A DNA stretch of 64,000 nucleotides from Diplonema japonicum (GCA_964019335.1 OZ025696.1:1-64000), one strand, 5' to 3'. Positions 1 through 9,970 are shown, counted from the first letter of the stretch. Program-made: numbers and translations. The notes: generated by a model from the letters alone, not told the origin.

Positions 1-72
1 GGGTTTGCGGGTTTGCGGGTTTGCGGGTTTGCGGGTTTGCGGGTTTGCGGGTTTGCGGGTTTGCGGGTTTGC
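1..72 (+). repeat. (GGGTTTGC)9 tandem octamer, running off the window start
   Basis: Nine perfect copies read directly from the sequence. Confidence 0.97.
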
Positions 73-178
73 AAAATAAATAAAAAGGGGGACTTGAGAA
101 AATAAATAAAAAGGGGGACTTGAGAAAATAAATAAAAAGGGGGACTTGAGAAAATAAATAAAAAGGGGGACTTGAGAA
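73..178. repeat. ~27-bp tandem repeat (AAAATAAATAAAAAGGGGGACTTGAGA) x~4
   Basis: Direct reading; the unit recurs at ~513-557 and ~890-933. Confidence 0.9.
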
Positions 179-466
179 TGTTTTTTTTTTTTTTTTTTTT
201 TTTCTTCAAAAGACACACAAGGCACGATAAATCTTAAGAGAAAATAAAAATGAGGGAGAATCAAAAAAGGGGAAAGGGGCAGAGTGACCAATGTCCATGC
301 GAAAAAGCATAGAGCGGGGGAAGAAGAAAATCAAAAACAGGAAAAACACATCACCACAAAAGAAAAAAGAAAAAAGAAAAAAAAAAAAAAAACGTCGACC
401 GAGATGGTTCCACTTCAAAAAGAAAAAGAAAAACAGTAAAAAGGGGTCACCTCCTCCTGCGAGTCG

Positions 467-519
<53 letters not shown>

Positions 520-845
520 GGGACTTGAGAAAATAAATAAAAAGGGGGACTTGAGAATGTTTTTTTTTTTTTTTTTTTTTTCTTCAAAAGACACACAAGG
601 CACGATAAATCTTAAGAGAAAATAAAAATGAGGGAGAATCAAAAAAGGGGAAAGGGGCAGAGTGACCAATGTCCATGCGAAAAAGCATAGAGCGGGGGAA
701 GAAGAAAATCAAAAACAGGAAAAACACATCACCACAAAAGAAAAAAGAAAAAAGAAAAAAAAAAAAAAAAACGTCGACCGAGATGGTTCCACTTCAAAAA
801 GAAAAAGAAAAACAGTAAAAAGGGGTCACCTCCTCCTGCGAGTCG

Positions 846-896
<51 letters not shown>

Positions 897-1005
897 GGGA
901 CTTGAGAAAATAAATAAAAAGGGGGACTTGAGAATGTTTTTTTTTTTTTTTTTTTTTCTTCAAAAGACACACAAGGCACGATAAATCTTAAGAGAAAATA
1001 AAAAT
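151..1005. repeat. ~375-bp tandem duplication (two full copies plus a partial third) containing 44-T and 42-T runs
   Basis: Near-identical blocks (CTTCAAAAGACACACAAGGCACG at ~204, ~582, ~958; CGTCGACCGAGATGGTTCCAC at ~393, ~772). A sub-block recurs at 1200-1362. Confidence 0.9.
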
Positions 1006-1362
1006 ATTCCAAAACAGACAATCAAGTTCCAACCTGGGAGGAAGGCATGGGTTTCTCTTTTTCTTTATGGGAGGGAGAGGGGAAGAAGAAAAATTCAAAA
1101 TTAAAAATCTCAAAAAAGGCTTAAAAGAAGAAGAGGCAAATTCAAAAACATACTAGGGAGGAATGAGTGGGGCAGGGGGTAAAATTTAGGAGGGGGAAAG
1201 AGGGAGAATCAAAAAAGGGGAAAGGGGCAGAGTGGCCAATGTCCATGCGAAAAAGCATAGAGCGGGGGAAGAAGAAAATCAAAAACAGGAAAAACACATC
1301 ACCACAAAAGAAAAAAGAAAAAAAAAAAAAAAAACGTCGACCGAGATGGTTCCACTTCAAAA

Positions 1363-1991
1363 TCTTGGATCCATTTTTTTTTTTTTTTTTTGTTTATAGT
1401 GTGTGTTGGGGGGGAGGGGATCCTTTCGTTGAGCGGCGGGCAGGCCGACGGGCAAAACAACCCCCCCGGACGACGGCGACGACGGAAGACGGACGCAGCG
1501 GCAAACCCAGGCAGAGGCACAGGAGTATTAGAATCGTTGGTTGTGTCGGTCGTGGCTGCGGCAGGGGCGGCTGCAGCGGTCTCGGTTGCGGCAGGGGCGG
1601 CGGCGTTTGGGGCGGCAGGGTCGGCTGCGGCGTTCAGGGCGGCTGGGGCTGCTGCAGCAGTCGTGCGGCTGGGGCGGCCGTGGCTGTAGCAGGGGCGGCT
1701 GTTGCTCCTTGGTTGCGGCGGCCAAAACCGCGGTCTCTACTTGTGATTTTTTTATTTTATTATTTTTTTTTTCTAAAGGGGGGTGGGGGGATCTAGGGGC
1801 TGGGGGTGGGGATTCATACTGCCCAACCAGATAGTCTGGTTGGGTCGGCCCTGGCGTCGTGTGCAGCCTGGCGGCCTGTCGGGGTTCCTTCTCCCTGCGG
1901 TTTGCGCGGTCACCTCCTCTTGTGTTCCGTCTTGGATCCATTTTTTATTTTTTTTATTTTTTTTTAAAGTGTGTGTTGGGGGGAGGGGATC
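1363..1991 (-). repeat. GC-rich unit bounded by ~60-bp direct repeats (1363-1422 and 1930-1991)
   Basis: Both repeats read GATCCCCTCCCCCC-AACACACAC-(A-rich)-ATGGATCCAAGA on the minus strand. Confidence 0.85.
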
Positions 1992-2014
1992 CAATAAAGT
2001 ACAGAAACTGTAGC
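1992..2014 (-). other. Spliced-leader (mini-exon) relic, 3' 23 nt
   Basis: Minus strand reads GCTACAGTTTCTGTACTTTATTG, the 3' part of the euglenozoan SL (Diplonema-type, as I recall it). It is followed by GATCC rather than a GT donor, so it is not an SL RNA gene. Confidence 0.9.
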
Positions 2015-2126
2015 CACTTTCAACCTCCATCAAAAGCGATAGTATTTTGTCGTTCTCGAACTTTCGCCGTGTCACCGCAATGAGACTGCAAACCAGGAGC
2101 ATCATGATGGCAGCCTGAGACTTCAT
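2015..2126 (-). pseudogene. Possible truncated 5' end of a secreted-protein gene (MKSQAAIMMLLVCSLIAV...)
   Basis: ATG at 2126 with a signal-peptide-like hydrophobic stretch and coding-like composition; cut off after ~37 codons at the SL relic. Confidence 0.4.
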
Positions 2127-2408
2127 TCTTAAACTTCTTTTAATCTGAATGGTGGATCTTATTATGAGTTGCAAAAAAACAGGTGAAACAAAGATTATCG
2201 TTTACCGTAGAAAAAAAGAAAACATGGTAAGGTGCCAAGTCAAACGGCGGTGCACGACCACCACAGTCGGCTCTATCAAGTAGTGGGTTCTGTAGTCAAA
2301 CTTTTCGATATGTTGATCCCGTATCATTCGGGGTTCCTATTTTGCTCAAGCGATGACTTAAACTACGCTAGAAGCAACCATGTGCTCCCAACAACAACAG
2401 AAAGATAA

Positions 2409-2870
2409 TCACGTGTTCTTGTGGTAGTACTCAGCCATGCTGTTTCCGACTTGCTGAATTTTATGAGCGATGATCCTGCGCAGGAGGGGGTCAATGAGGC
2501 TTCCAGCACAACCACAAGGTGGTGTATAAGACATGGTGAGAGTCACATCAGTTCGTGTTGGGGTTTGGGCATCGATGCGGTAGGTGAAGAAAGAGTCTTT
2601 GAAAGGAGATGGCTGATCTCCTTTGTGGAGCCTCAGAACAATTTTCGATTTCTCCTCCCATTCTGTCACTGTCTCCTGCAAAGGGTCATTGTCCTTAGCC
2701 CCTTGGAACACCAACCTGCTTGCTCCTACTCCCATCTTCTTCTCACTCACAAATTGAACTTTTGTCACGTTCGGCACGTACTTATCAGCAAGACTCAAAT
2801 CCTGCAGCCGCCCCCACACTTTGTCGACGCTCTGATCAATCACTACCTTCGCTACTGCATTGCTAGGCAT
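2409..2870 (-). CDS. SRPBCC/START (polyketide cyclase-like) domain protein
   Basis: IDQSVDKVWGRLQDLS..YVPNV, GVGASR, ETVTEWE pattern; likely start MPSNAV at 2870. Confidence 0.8.
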   Translation of the reverse strand: MPSNAVAKVVIDQSVDKVWGRLQDLSLADKYVPNVTKVQFVSEKKMGVGASRLVFQGAKDNDPLQETVTEWEEKSKIVLRLHKGDQPSPFKDSFFTYRIDAQTPTRTDVTLTMSYTPPCGCAGSLIDPLLRRIIAHKIQQVGNSMAEYYHKNT

Positions 2871-3853
2871 GGGTATGGGTATGGTATGGGTTGAGGTCTT
2901 AAGTTTTGACAGTTTTTGTTTCCACAGCGGCAGATTTAAATAAAGAATTAAAGAATACAACTTAAAAAAAGCAAGAAAAAGCAAGAGGACAATAAGTTAT
3001 AGGTCTTTAAAAAAAAAGATCGGTAATTTGCACAGTAAAGTGGGAAAACGTTGCCTTTAAGAACACCCCGGACAGAAAATGGTCCGGCTCGACAAGCTCA
3101 GTCGCCGAAAAACTCCGACATTCCGGTTCTTTCATTTACGGTGAAAAGAAATTCAATAGTGTGTAGGACGAGGGGCTTGTGATACTCACTGGATATTAAA
3201 AAAACCGCCTTCTGGACAACTTCCTCTCCCGTAGGCCACTACAATGAAGTAATTCTTATTGAGCCGCGACAGTTGAGGGGTCGAAAAAAAAAAGATCCCG
3301 GATTTAATATTGATATTTACACTGCATCTTCTGCTTGGTCGGTCTCTCAACCATATCGACAGGGTAGTGTAGAAAAGTGCTTAGAAATATAAATAAAAAA
3401 TAAAAAATAAAAAATAAAAAAAAAGGAGAAAAAAAAAGAGAAAGCAAGGCCAGCTGAAGAGTCTCAATCTATTGATCGAACCTTTCTGCTGTGGTGGCCT
3501 TCGGCCCCTTGTTCACCCTCCTCGGTTGAACCTAGGTATAAAACCCTCAAAATAAACTCATATTAACATGCAGACTCCTAAAGCGAAAGCCGCATGCCCT
3601 AAAAGGGAGGGGGTATGGTCAGTACTAGGCATCTCTCAGTTTTGATCTAATCTTGCGAGATCTCTTCAGGCAAGTAGCACCCTTCATTGGCTCCCACTAG
3701 TGTCCCAGCAGGTATGGAGAGTACTTTTCCCGACCACGGTCTCCGCATTTGCTCTGTGGACAAGGTTATTCTGTTAAAAGCGAAGACTCACACTTCTTCT
3801 TTCTTCTTCCCTTTACTGCCTTCTCACACGATGAAATGTGATGTCACGTGCGC

Positions 3854-4987
3854 TTATTCTTCCTCAGCACCATGCCCACGTAGCATGTCTGAGATCTCCT
3901 TGTAGCCCTCACGCACGGCCAGACGCAGGGGGCGGAGCCCACGGGAGTCTTTGATATTAGGATCAGCACCATGACTGAGGAGGAGCTGCACAATGGCAGG
4001 ATGATTGAGACGAACAGCAAGGCAGAGCGCACTGTCCCGGTTGCTGTCCCAAAGGTTGACGTCTGCCTTCAGGTCAAGAAGAACCTGCACTATCTCCACG
4101 CGAGTGTGCGTAGTAGCCGAGTGCAGGAGTGAGTCGCCGTAGCAGTTGAGGAAGTCAGGGTTGTCCACGTGATACAGAAATAATCTTACTATGGCAGTGT
4201 ACCCTTTGCTCACAGCAACGAATAAGGGCGATAGACCTATTCTGTTCCTCACGGTAATGTCAGCATTCTTCTGAAGCATGATCTGCACTACGTCGTGTAA
4301 GCCTTTGTCCACAGCGTCGTGCAGGGGGTACCCCCACATTGGGTCTTTATAGCTCATGTTTGCTCCGAGTTCGATCAACATTTTTGCTATCTCTGGGTGA
4401 CCTTTATTCACTGCCTGGCCGAGTGGCATGTGCTTATGATCATCGTCACTTGTAGTCGTCGACACACGTTCTGCGATTGTCCACTGAAGCGTACCGAGGT
4501 CGCTCTTTAACAAGAACTCTGCACAACCTATAAGCCCGAACTCTACTGCTTTACAAAAGGCTTTCTGCACGCCTTCCATGGATCTGATCGCATCAGCGTC
4601 GCACAACAGCTTCAGTATCTCCATATACTTACAGTCAAGGCTAGCTGGATCTCGTTGGCCACCGCCAAACCTTATAGTCAAGGCTTGCTTGATCTCGGTG
4701 GCCATTACCGCCAAATCGCCATGACTCCAATTAAGCTCCTTCAACTGCATCTCAGCCCTCGGCTTCCTTCCCATCTCCACCGTCACTTCGCTTTGGTCCT
4801 CAAAGGGATACGCGTCCACCCTTGCTTCGTCATCAAGTTCCACGCCGTCAAAGGTTAGCATTAACTGCTCTGTGGCAAGTTTGGAAGCTGCTGCAGCGGC
4901 TGCCTTCACATCTCGAATAGATTCGGAGGCCATAGCATCGACGGCGATGGTCCGCGAGGGGAACTTCACCTGCAAAGTGACTGACAT
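3854..4987 (-). CDS. Ubiquitin-like N-terminal domain + ankyrin repeat protein
   Basis: Ubl-like first ~75 aa (ESIRDVK..LTFDGVELDDE); several GxxPLHxA/IVxLLL ankyrin repeats. Confidence 0.88.
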   Translation of the reverse strand: MSVTLQVKFPSRTIAVDAMASESIRDVKAAAAAASKLATEQLMLTFDGVELDDEARVDAYPFEDQSEVTVEMGRKPRAEMQLKELNWSHGDLAVMATEIKQALTIRFGGGQRDPASLDCKYMEILKLLCDADAIRSMEGVQKAFCKAVEFGLIGCAEFLLKSDLGTLQWTIAERVSTTTSDDDHKHMPLGQAVNKGHPEIAKMLIELGANMSYKDPMWGYPLHDAVDKGLHDVVQIMLQKNADITVRNRIGLSPLFVAVSKGYTAIVRLFLYHVDNPDFLNCYGDSLLHSATTHTRVEIVQVLLDLKADVNLWDSNRDSALCLAVRLNHPAIVQLLLSHGADPNIKDSRGLRPLRLAVREGYKEISDMLRGHGAEEE

Positions 4988-5065
4988 AAAGCTCCTGGCA
5001 TGGTATTAAAACATGCACGAAAAACTAATATCGAAAGATAAAATAGTTGAGGTCTGTGAACAGCA

Positions 5066-5911
5066 TCAATCAAGATTCTGCGCAGGCGCCCTACCTTCTT
5101 TGTTCTTTGCGGATTGGTCAGCACCTTGTTCGACGAGATAATTATAGACGTCAGTGAACGGGTATTGGTGATGTAGGGGGGTGTCTCCGTGGACATCGGC
5201 TGCGTTGACGTCGGCGCCTTCTGTGACCAGTACCATGGCGACCTCGATGCAAGTGACAGTATGGAGGGGAGTGCTCCCATTGTTGTCACAAGTGGACACA
5301 TCGGCACCTACTGAGATGAGGTACTCAGTCTTCTTCACCATCATGGGATAGGCGGCAATTCCTACGAGCGGCGTTATTCCCATGGAGTTCCTTGCATTAA
5401 TGTCAGCTCCATACTTCACAAGCAAAGCTGTCACTGCTGTTGAAGCGAAAGTGCAGTTGTGTAACATGGTATTTCCATCCGCGTCGCTGAGTTTGAGAAT
5501 GTCAGGCTCTACGGTTAGGAACAGCAGCAGTCCCTTCTCGATCGCCTCAATTTCTTCATCAAAATCAACAGAATCGATCTCATCATCACTATCAACCTCA
5601 AAACCGTTTAAGAACAACTCGAGCCCTTGGAAATCTGCTGTTTTCCCCATCGCCTGTATTTTCTTCCGCGCCTGCGCTGCCTTGTCCACTATCAGCACCA
5701 CCTCGCAACCATCGGAAAAACAATAATCTTGCATCTTCATGTTCATGTCCCGCAGCACAATTCCGTCATATAACATCTCAAACATCCCTTCCTCAACTTC
5801 GCACACACGGGCGGCTGTTGCACGAAGCTCTTTTGCAGTCCCTTTCCCCTCCATCTCTACAGGGACCGTTGCATACTTGCCCTCTACACGCAAAAAAAGC
5901 TCTATCGACAT
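5066..5911 (-). CDS. Ubiquitin-like N-terminal domain + ankyrin repeat protein
   Basis: MLYDGIVLRD..MQDY Ubl motif; GNTMLH, GITPL, GSTPLH, GDTPLH ankyrins; likely start MSIELF at 5911. Confidence 0.88.
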   Translation of the reverse strand: MSIELFLRVEGKYATVPVEMEGKGTAKELRATAARVCEVEEGMFEMLYDGIVLRDMNMKMQDYCFSDGCEVVLIVDKAAQARKKIQAMGKTADFQGLELFLNGFEVDSDDEIDSVDFDEEIEAIEKGLLLFLTVEPDILKLSDADGNTMLHNCTFASTAVTALLVKYGADINARNSMGITPLVGIAAYPMMVKKTEYLISVGADVSTCDNNGSTPLHTVTCIEVAMVLVTEGADVNAADVHGDTPLHHQYPFTDVYNYLVEQGADQSAKNKEGRAPAQNLD

Positions 5912-6022
5912 TCTTGTGATAAGCTGTGAGTGAATGATAAGGTGCTTTGAATACAAAACCATCAAAGAAGAATTAATAAAATAATTAGCGAAGAATGCCT
6001 TTAATTAAAAATGTGTAAATGC

Positions 6023-8224
6023 TCAAAAACCCCAGCAGCCAAGCTTACTCACATGTTCTCCTGCTGAAGGATTACTGATCATGTGGGTAGAGGAAAGGTT
6101 ACTTCGAGTGCGATAAGCGTTAAGAAATCCAGAAAAGCTACTATCCGAGTTGACTGCGATGTGATGAGAAGCTGTACGGGAGACCTCCCAATCAACGGCA
6201 GCACGAACCTCAAACGGCCAGCCTGACTCCTCTGGATGGGCTTGGCTCTTGTGGATTAAAATAAATGTGCTGTTGAGATCCGCCAAAACAGGGTCATCCA
6301 TGTTTATGTCAGAAGCCAAATACACGTGCGTTGCATCAGGGGCGGCAGCAAGAACTGCCTGTCTGAACACTGCTACTTGATCCTCAGTAATACTGCACTG
6401 CCATCTGCGTAAGTGAATAGACACCCAGTACTTCGGTTTTGGGAGAAGCTTCACTACTTCGTTCACCCTTCTTCTAATCAACCAGTTTGGCCTCAATGCC
6501 GCCATTGCCATGTTGCACCCGTCCTCTCCGAATTCTTGGCACACTTCTAGGCGTCTGCTGTAAACCACTGTGCATAAACTTAGCATCCTAGTCTTGTCCA
6601 GTTCAATTAGCTTAGTATCGGGTGAATCATCTATGTCTGACGGATACGCCTCCATCACTTCCCCTACGCTCATCCCACGCAACCGCTTGAGCGAGTCGGT
6701 CCGCAGTCGTATCTTCAGATCCTCCCTTTCTGTACTCATAAAGTTCGTTACGTTGGACACATTTGCTGCGACGCCCATACCGAAGTCCGGCCTCCTCACA
6801 CACAAGCCGTACCCGTGGACAGTGTCGTAGAAGTGGTCCTTGTCCCATAAGGCCCATATTCCGTAGTTCCTTCCCTTAACCATACCCGAGTGGTAGTCAT
6901 CCGCCATCATGTGCCATTTAGTCATTCCAGCATACGACTGAGGGATCGCAGGCGGTTCCTCTAAGTCGGTGCCCCACAGCAGAGAGAATAGGATTGCGTT
7001 GACTATGTGCTCGCGTTGATTGTTCAGACCGCCTCTGATGTCGGTGGTGGAGCGGAAGACGACGCTGCTGCTGTTGCATGCAATGTCCGTGTCTAATATC
7101 TGCTTCGACGGGCGCACAACACGCTTCGGAACGTCCAGAAGGTTGGACACACGACATTGCTTCAAAAGCCTCTCCGGGAAAAGCCTCGCTGCATCCAAAT
7201 ATCGCTCCGTTTCCAGCGTGAAGCTGTCAGCCAGAAGCTTCGTTGGAGGATACACTAAGCCCATTATCTCAGCAGACCGCTTGCTCTGGCAGGAACCCCT
7301 CACTATTTGTGCCATGTACCATGACCGAGAAAACAGCGCTGGCAGGTGGCTCCACCCTGTTTGTAGGTAGTCAGGGCACTCAATGTCACTCGAAGATTCA
7401 TTCTGCGGCATAAAGGAAACATGGATAGGGTGCGTCAGCTGGGCCTCTATGCTGCTGAAGATCTGTGCGAACGTTGCATTTGGGAGGGGTGGTGTGTTTA
7501 AGGACGACACAAACACAAGTGGCATTCCAGTTAAAGACACAGCGTGGTGCTTCTCTCCTTGCGGGGACATGCCAGACGAGTTCGTGATCTTCACAAGGCC
7601 TTTGATATCGTTCTCAAAGAGCAGCTTTCGGACATCTTCGCTCTCCACTTCAAAACTCAGTACGACGTCGAAGAGCCAACGGTGCTTCAGCACACTCAGC
7701 CATTTCGCCAAGGCAGCAATGTTGCTACTGTTGCTTGTGCTTTCGCCTGACAGTCCCCGTGCCAGCACCAGAGAAAACCATGGGTGTCCTGCTGCGGAGA
7801 GACGATGTTTCCTCGCATTTTGGAATGCATGGAGGCAGATGTCTTCCCACGATGTTGGGCAGTTGCGAACTTTGAGCACCTTTAATCGACGTTTCCTCAA
7901 GACACGCGGACTGCGCTGCAAACCCAGAACAGGAAGATTGGGTGTCCGCAATTTGTGGGGGGGCAAAGGGATAAGAGCTGCACGCAGCAGATTTGGAATC
8001 TTCTTTGGAGATAGTTTTGGCTTCAACATTTGTGGTGCCTTCTGGAGGGCTCTTGGAGGAGGCAGTAGCGGCGGCGACGGAGACGGCGATGGTGTGGTAT
8101 CATTATGGAGTAAAGCGGCAACAGGCACATACTCTGTTTCATAATTCCTAAAAACCAGTAGCAACATGCTTGCTAGGCACGAACTCAACAGCACATTCCT
8201 AATTAACACCAAAGGGGGTGACAT
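6023..8224 (-). CDS. Type II membrane O-fucosyltransferase-like glycosyltransferase
   Basis: N-terminal TM and Pro-rich stem; GGLNNQRE, SIHLR, VYLASD and AAVDWEV..SSFS motifs of the O-FucT family; likely start at 8224. Confidence 0.75.
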   Translation of the reverse strand: MSPPLVLIRNVLLSSCLASMLLLVFRNYETEYVPVAALLHNDTTPSPSPSPPLLPPPRALQKAPQMLKPKLSPKKIPNLLRAALIPLPPHKLRTPNLPVLGLQRSPRVLRKRRLKVLKVRNCPTSWEDICLHAFQNARKHRLSAAGHPWFSLVLARGLSGESTSNSSNIAALAKWLSVLKHRWLFDVVLSFEVESEDVRKLLFENDIKGLVKITNSSGMSPQGEKHHAVSLTGMPLVFVSSLNTPPLPNATFAQIFSSIEAQLTHPIHVSFMPQNESSSDIECPDYLQTGWSHLPALFSRSWYMAQIVRGSCQSKRSAEIMGLVYPPTKLLADSFTLETERYLDAARLFPERLLKQCRVSNLLDVPKRVVRPSKQILDTDIACNSSSVVFRSTTDIRGGLNNQREHIVNAILFSLLWGTDLEEPPAIPQSYAGMTKWHMMADDYHSGMVKGRNYGIWALWDKDHFYDTVHGYGLCVRRPDFGMGVAANVSNVTNFMSTEREDLKIRLRTDSLKRLRGMSVGEVMEAYPSDIDDSPDTKLIELDKTRMLSLCTVVYSRRLEVCQEFGEDGCNMAMAALRPNWLIRRRVNEVVKLLPKPKYWVSIHLRRWQCSITEDQVAVFRQAVLAAAPDATHVYLASDINMDDPVLADLNSTFILIHKSQAHPEESGWPFEVRAAVDWEVSRTASHHIAVNSDSSFSGFLNAYRTRSNLSSTHMISNPSAGEHVSKLGCWGF

Positions 8225-8518
8225 AGCTGTTTGTGATTTAACTTCTGCCTCGGTAATAAAACTAGTACGAACTAATAATGCTAGGGTGAAATTGAAAAGC
8301 CTTAATGCCCCTTTTAAGTCGAGCCTCCCCGAAAATCTTTTACATCCCTCGGAAGGGCTTGAGAAAAACCATCTCGCCAACCTTTGGAAAGATTTTCGAA
8401 ATCTTCCTAAAATTCCCTCTAAGCCCTTAGAGCAAGTTCAGGATTAACCAGACGGATCTTAGAGATATGGGGCGTAAAAAAAGCTGTTGTCACGGAGAGT
8501 GTTTAATCGGAATTGCTG

Positions 8519-9970
8519 CTAATTCACTAACGGCCGCTCTTCATCAACGTCTGTTTCTGAGTCGGTTTCACGGTCGGTTTTCTCGGCATTAATACACTCC
8601 GAGCGTTTCTTAGCCGCTATGACGAGCTTATCCCAGTCACTATACCATATTACAACCCAAGAGACGGTAGCACACACAGCATAACCGCACACACACACGA
8701 AGAGCATGCCGTTCAGCTTATAGCCTAACTTGTACACAGCCAGAGCTGAAAAAGGGATGTTCAAGAACCACGCAGAGGACCCGATGATCGCTGCCCCCAA
8801 GCCAGGCCGTCCTTGCCCGTCCATCACAAAAAGCGCTACGACTCCCGTGTTGAGCAGCGGGATGGCCAGAGCAAGCAGCCAACACATATCCCTCACGGTG
8901 CGTACTATGTCATCGTCACTGGTGAAGATGCGCCCCACGTAATCACGAAACAAGAATATACTCAAACCGCACACGCTTGAGATAGCGGATATCATGGTCG
9001 TCCCGTACTTGATTGCCTTGAAGTTCAAATCGAGATTCCCGGACCCAATGTGCTGTGCCACCCGAATATTAATGGCCTTGCAAAACCCCATAGATGCGCC
9101 TGCCAGCTGCATCCACAATGCGCCTGATGCAGACCACGCGGCGATGTCGGTGGTCCCCATGTGTGCTGTAAATATCGTCAAGAGCTGGAACTGCCCTTCT
9201 TCCACCAAAGCTCCTATGGCTGTTGGTATGCACAGCATAAGGTACTCCTTCATGCGCGACCATTTCACAGCAGCAGACCATGACAGACCGTCCCAGTAGT
9301 CAGCATGGTACTTCTTGTAATACATGAAACCCAAGAACATGGCAAGCTGGCCTATCATGGCCACAGCCGAACCTACCGCGGCACCGACGTACCCCATGCC
9401 ACCCCACGAAGTGCCCGGTATGCCATTGATGAACAAAACGTTAAAGCCCAAGGAGAGGAGAAGCGCAAGACCTGATGAGATCATAGCAGGCTTCGTAATC
9501 CCCAAAGCGCCGTAGTATTGTTCCATAGCATACTCCATACCAATCAGGTAGTACAGGGGAATAGAGTACCGTGCGTACCGCTGGCCGTCCTTTGACAGAT
9601 CATGGTCCATGCCCATTCCTTTTAGCACTGTGTCTGTGAGGAACCACCATGAAATGAAGACAGGCACAATAACCGCTGTGTACACAATAAAGCCTGCCTG
9701 AAGCCAAATACCGGCAAGTTTCTTATTCCCGGCTCCAATGGCCTGCGAACACACCGTGTTTAATGTGTTAAGTGTGCTGAGAGCCAATGTCTGCGTTAGT
9801 GACATGAATGCTTGCCCCAAGCTGACAGATGCCATGGCGTCCTTTCCGCATATCAGCCCAATGCACGCCACGTTGATGAGCGCAGACGACCCAACGAACA
9901 TGTCACTCAGTGCCATCGGCCATGCCAGACTCCAAAGAGTCTTCCACTCGTCATCTCGCCACCATTTCAT
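8519..9970 (-). CDS. MATE family transporter
   Basis: LWSLAWP, NTVCSQAIGAGN, IRVAQHIGSGN and DGQGRP motifs with ~12 TM helices; likely start at 9970. Confidence 0.93.
   Translation of the reverse strand: MKWWRDDEWKTLWSLAWPMALSDMFVGSSALINVACIGLICGKDAMASVSLGQAFMSLTQTLALSTLNTLNTVCSQAIGAGNKKLAGIWLQAGFIVYTAVIVPVFISWWFLTDTVLKGMGMDHDLSKDGQRYARYSIPLYYLIGMEYAMEQYYGALGITKPAMISSGLALLLSLGFNVLFINGIPGTSWGGMGYVGAAVGSAVAMIGQLAMFLGFMYYKKYHADYWDGLSWSAAVKWSRMKEYLMLCIPTAIGALVEEGQFQLLTIFTAHMGTTDIAAWSASGALWMQLAGASMGFCKAINIRVAQHIGSGNLDLNFKAIKYGTTMISAISSVCGLSIFLFRDYVGRIFTSDDDIVRTVRDMCWLLALAIPLLNTGVVALFVMDGQGRPGLGAAIIGSSAWFLNIPFSALAVYKLGYKLNGMLFVCVCGYAVCATVSWVVIWYSDWDKLVIAAKKRSECINAEKTDRETDSETDVDEERPLVN

Noticed and set aside
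73-178. CRISPR-like array
   Set aside because: Contiguous repeats without spacers, in a eukaryotic context with no cas genes.
1501-1508. GCAAACCC inside the SL-headed unit as a template for the terminal octamer array
   Set aside because: A single 8-mer is expected by chance at this window size and lacks the extra partial repeat needed for reiterative copying.
206-1796. Lys/Phe-rich and Gly/Arg-rich ORFs
   Set aside because: They are translations of homopolymers and GC-rich repeats with no domain signal.
1992-2014. SL RNA gene
   Set aside because: The 5' part of the leader is missing and there is no GT donor or SL intron after ...TTTATTG.
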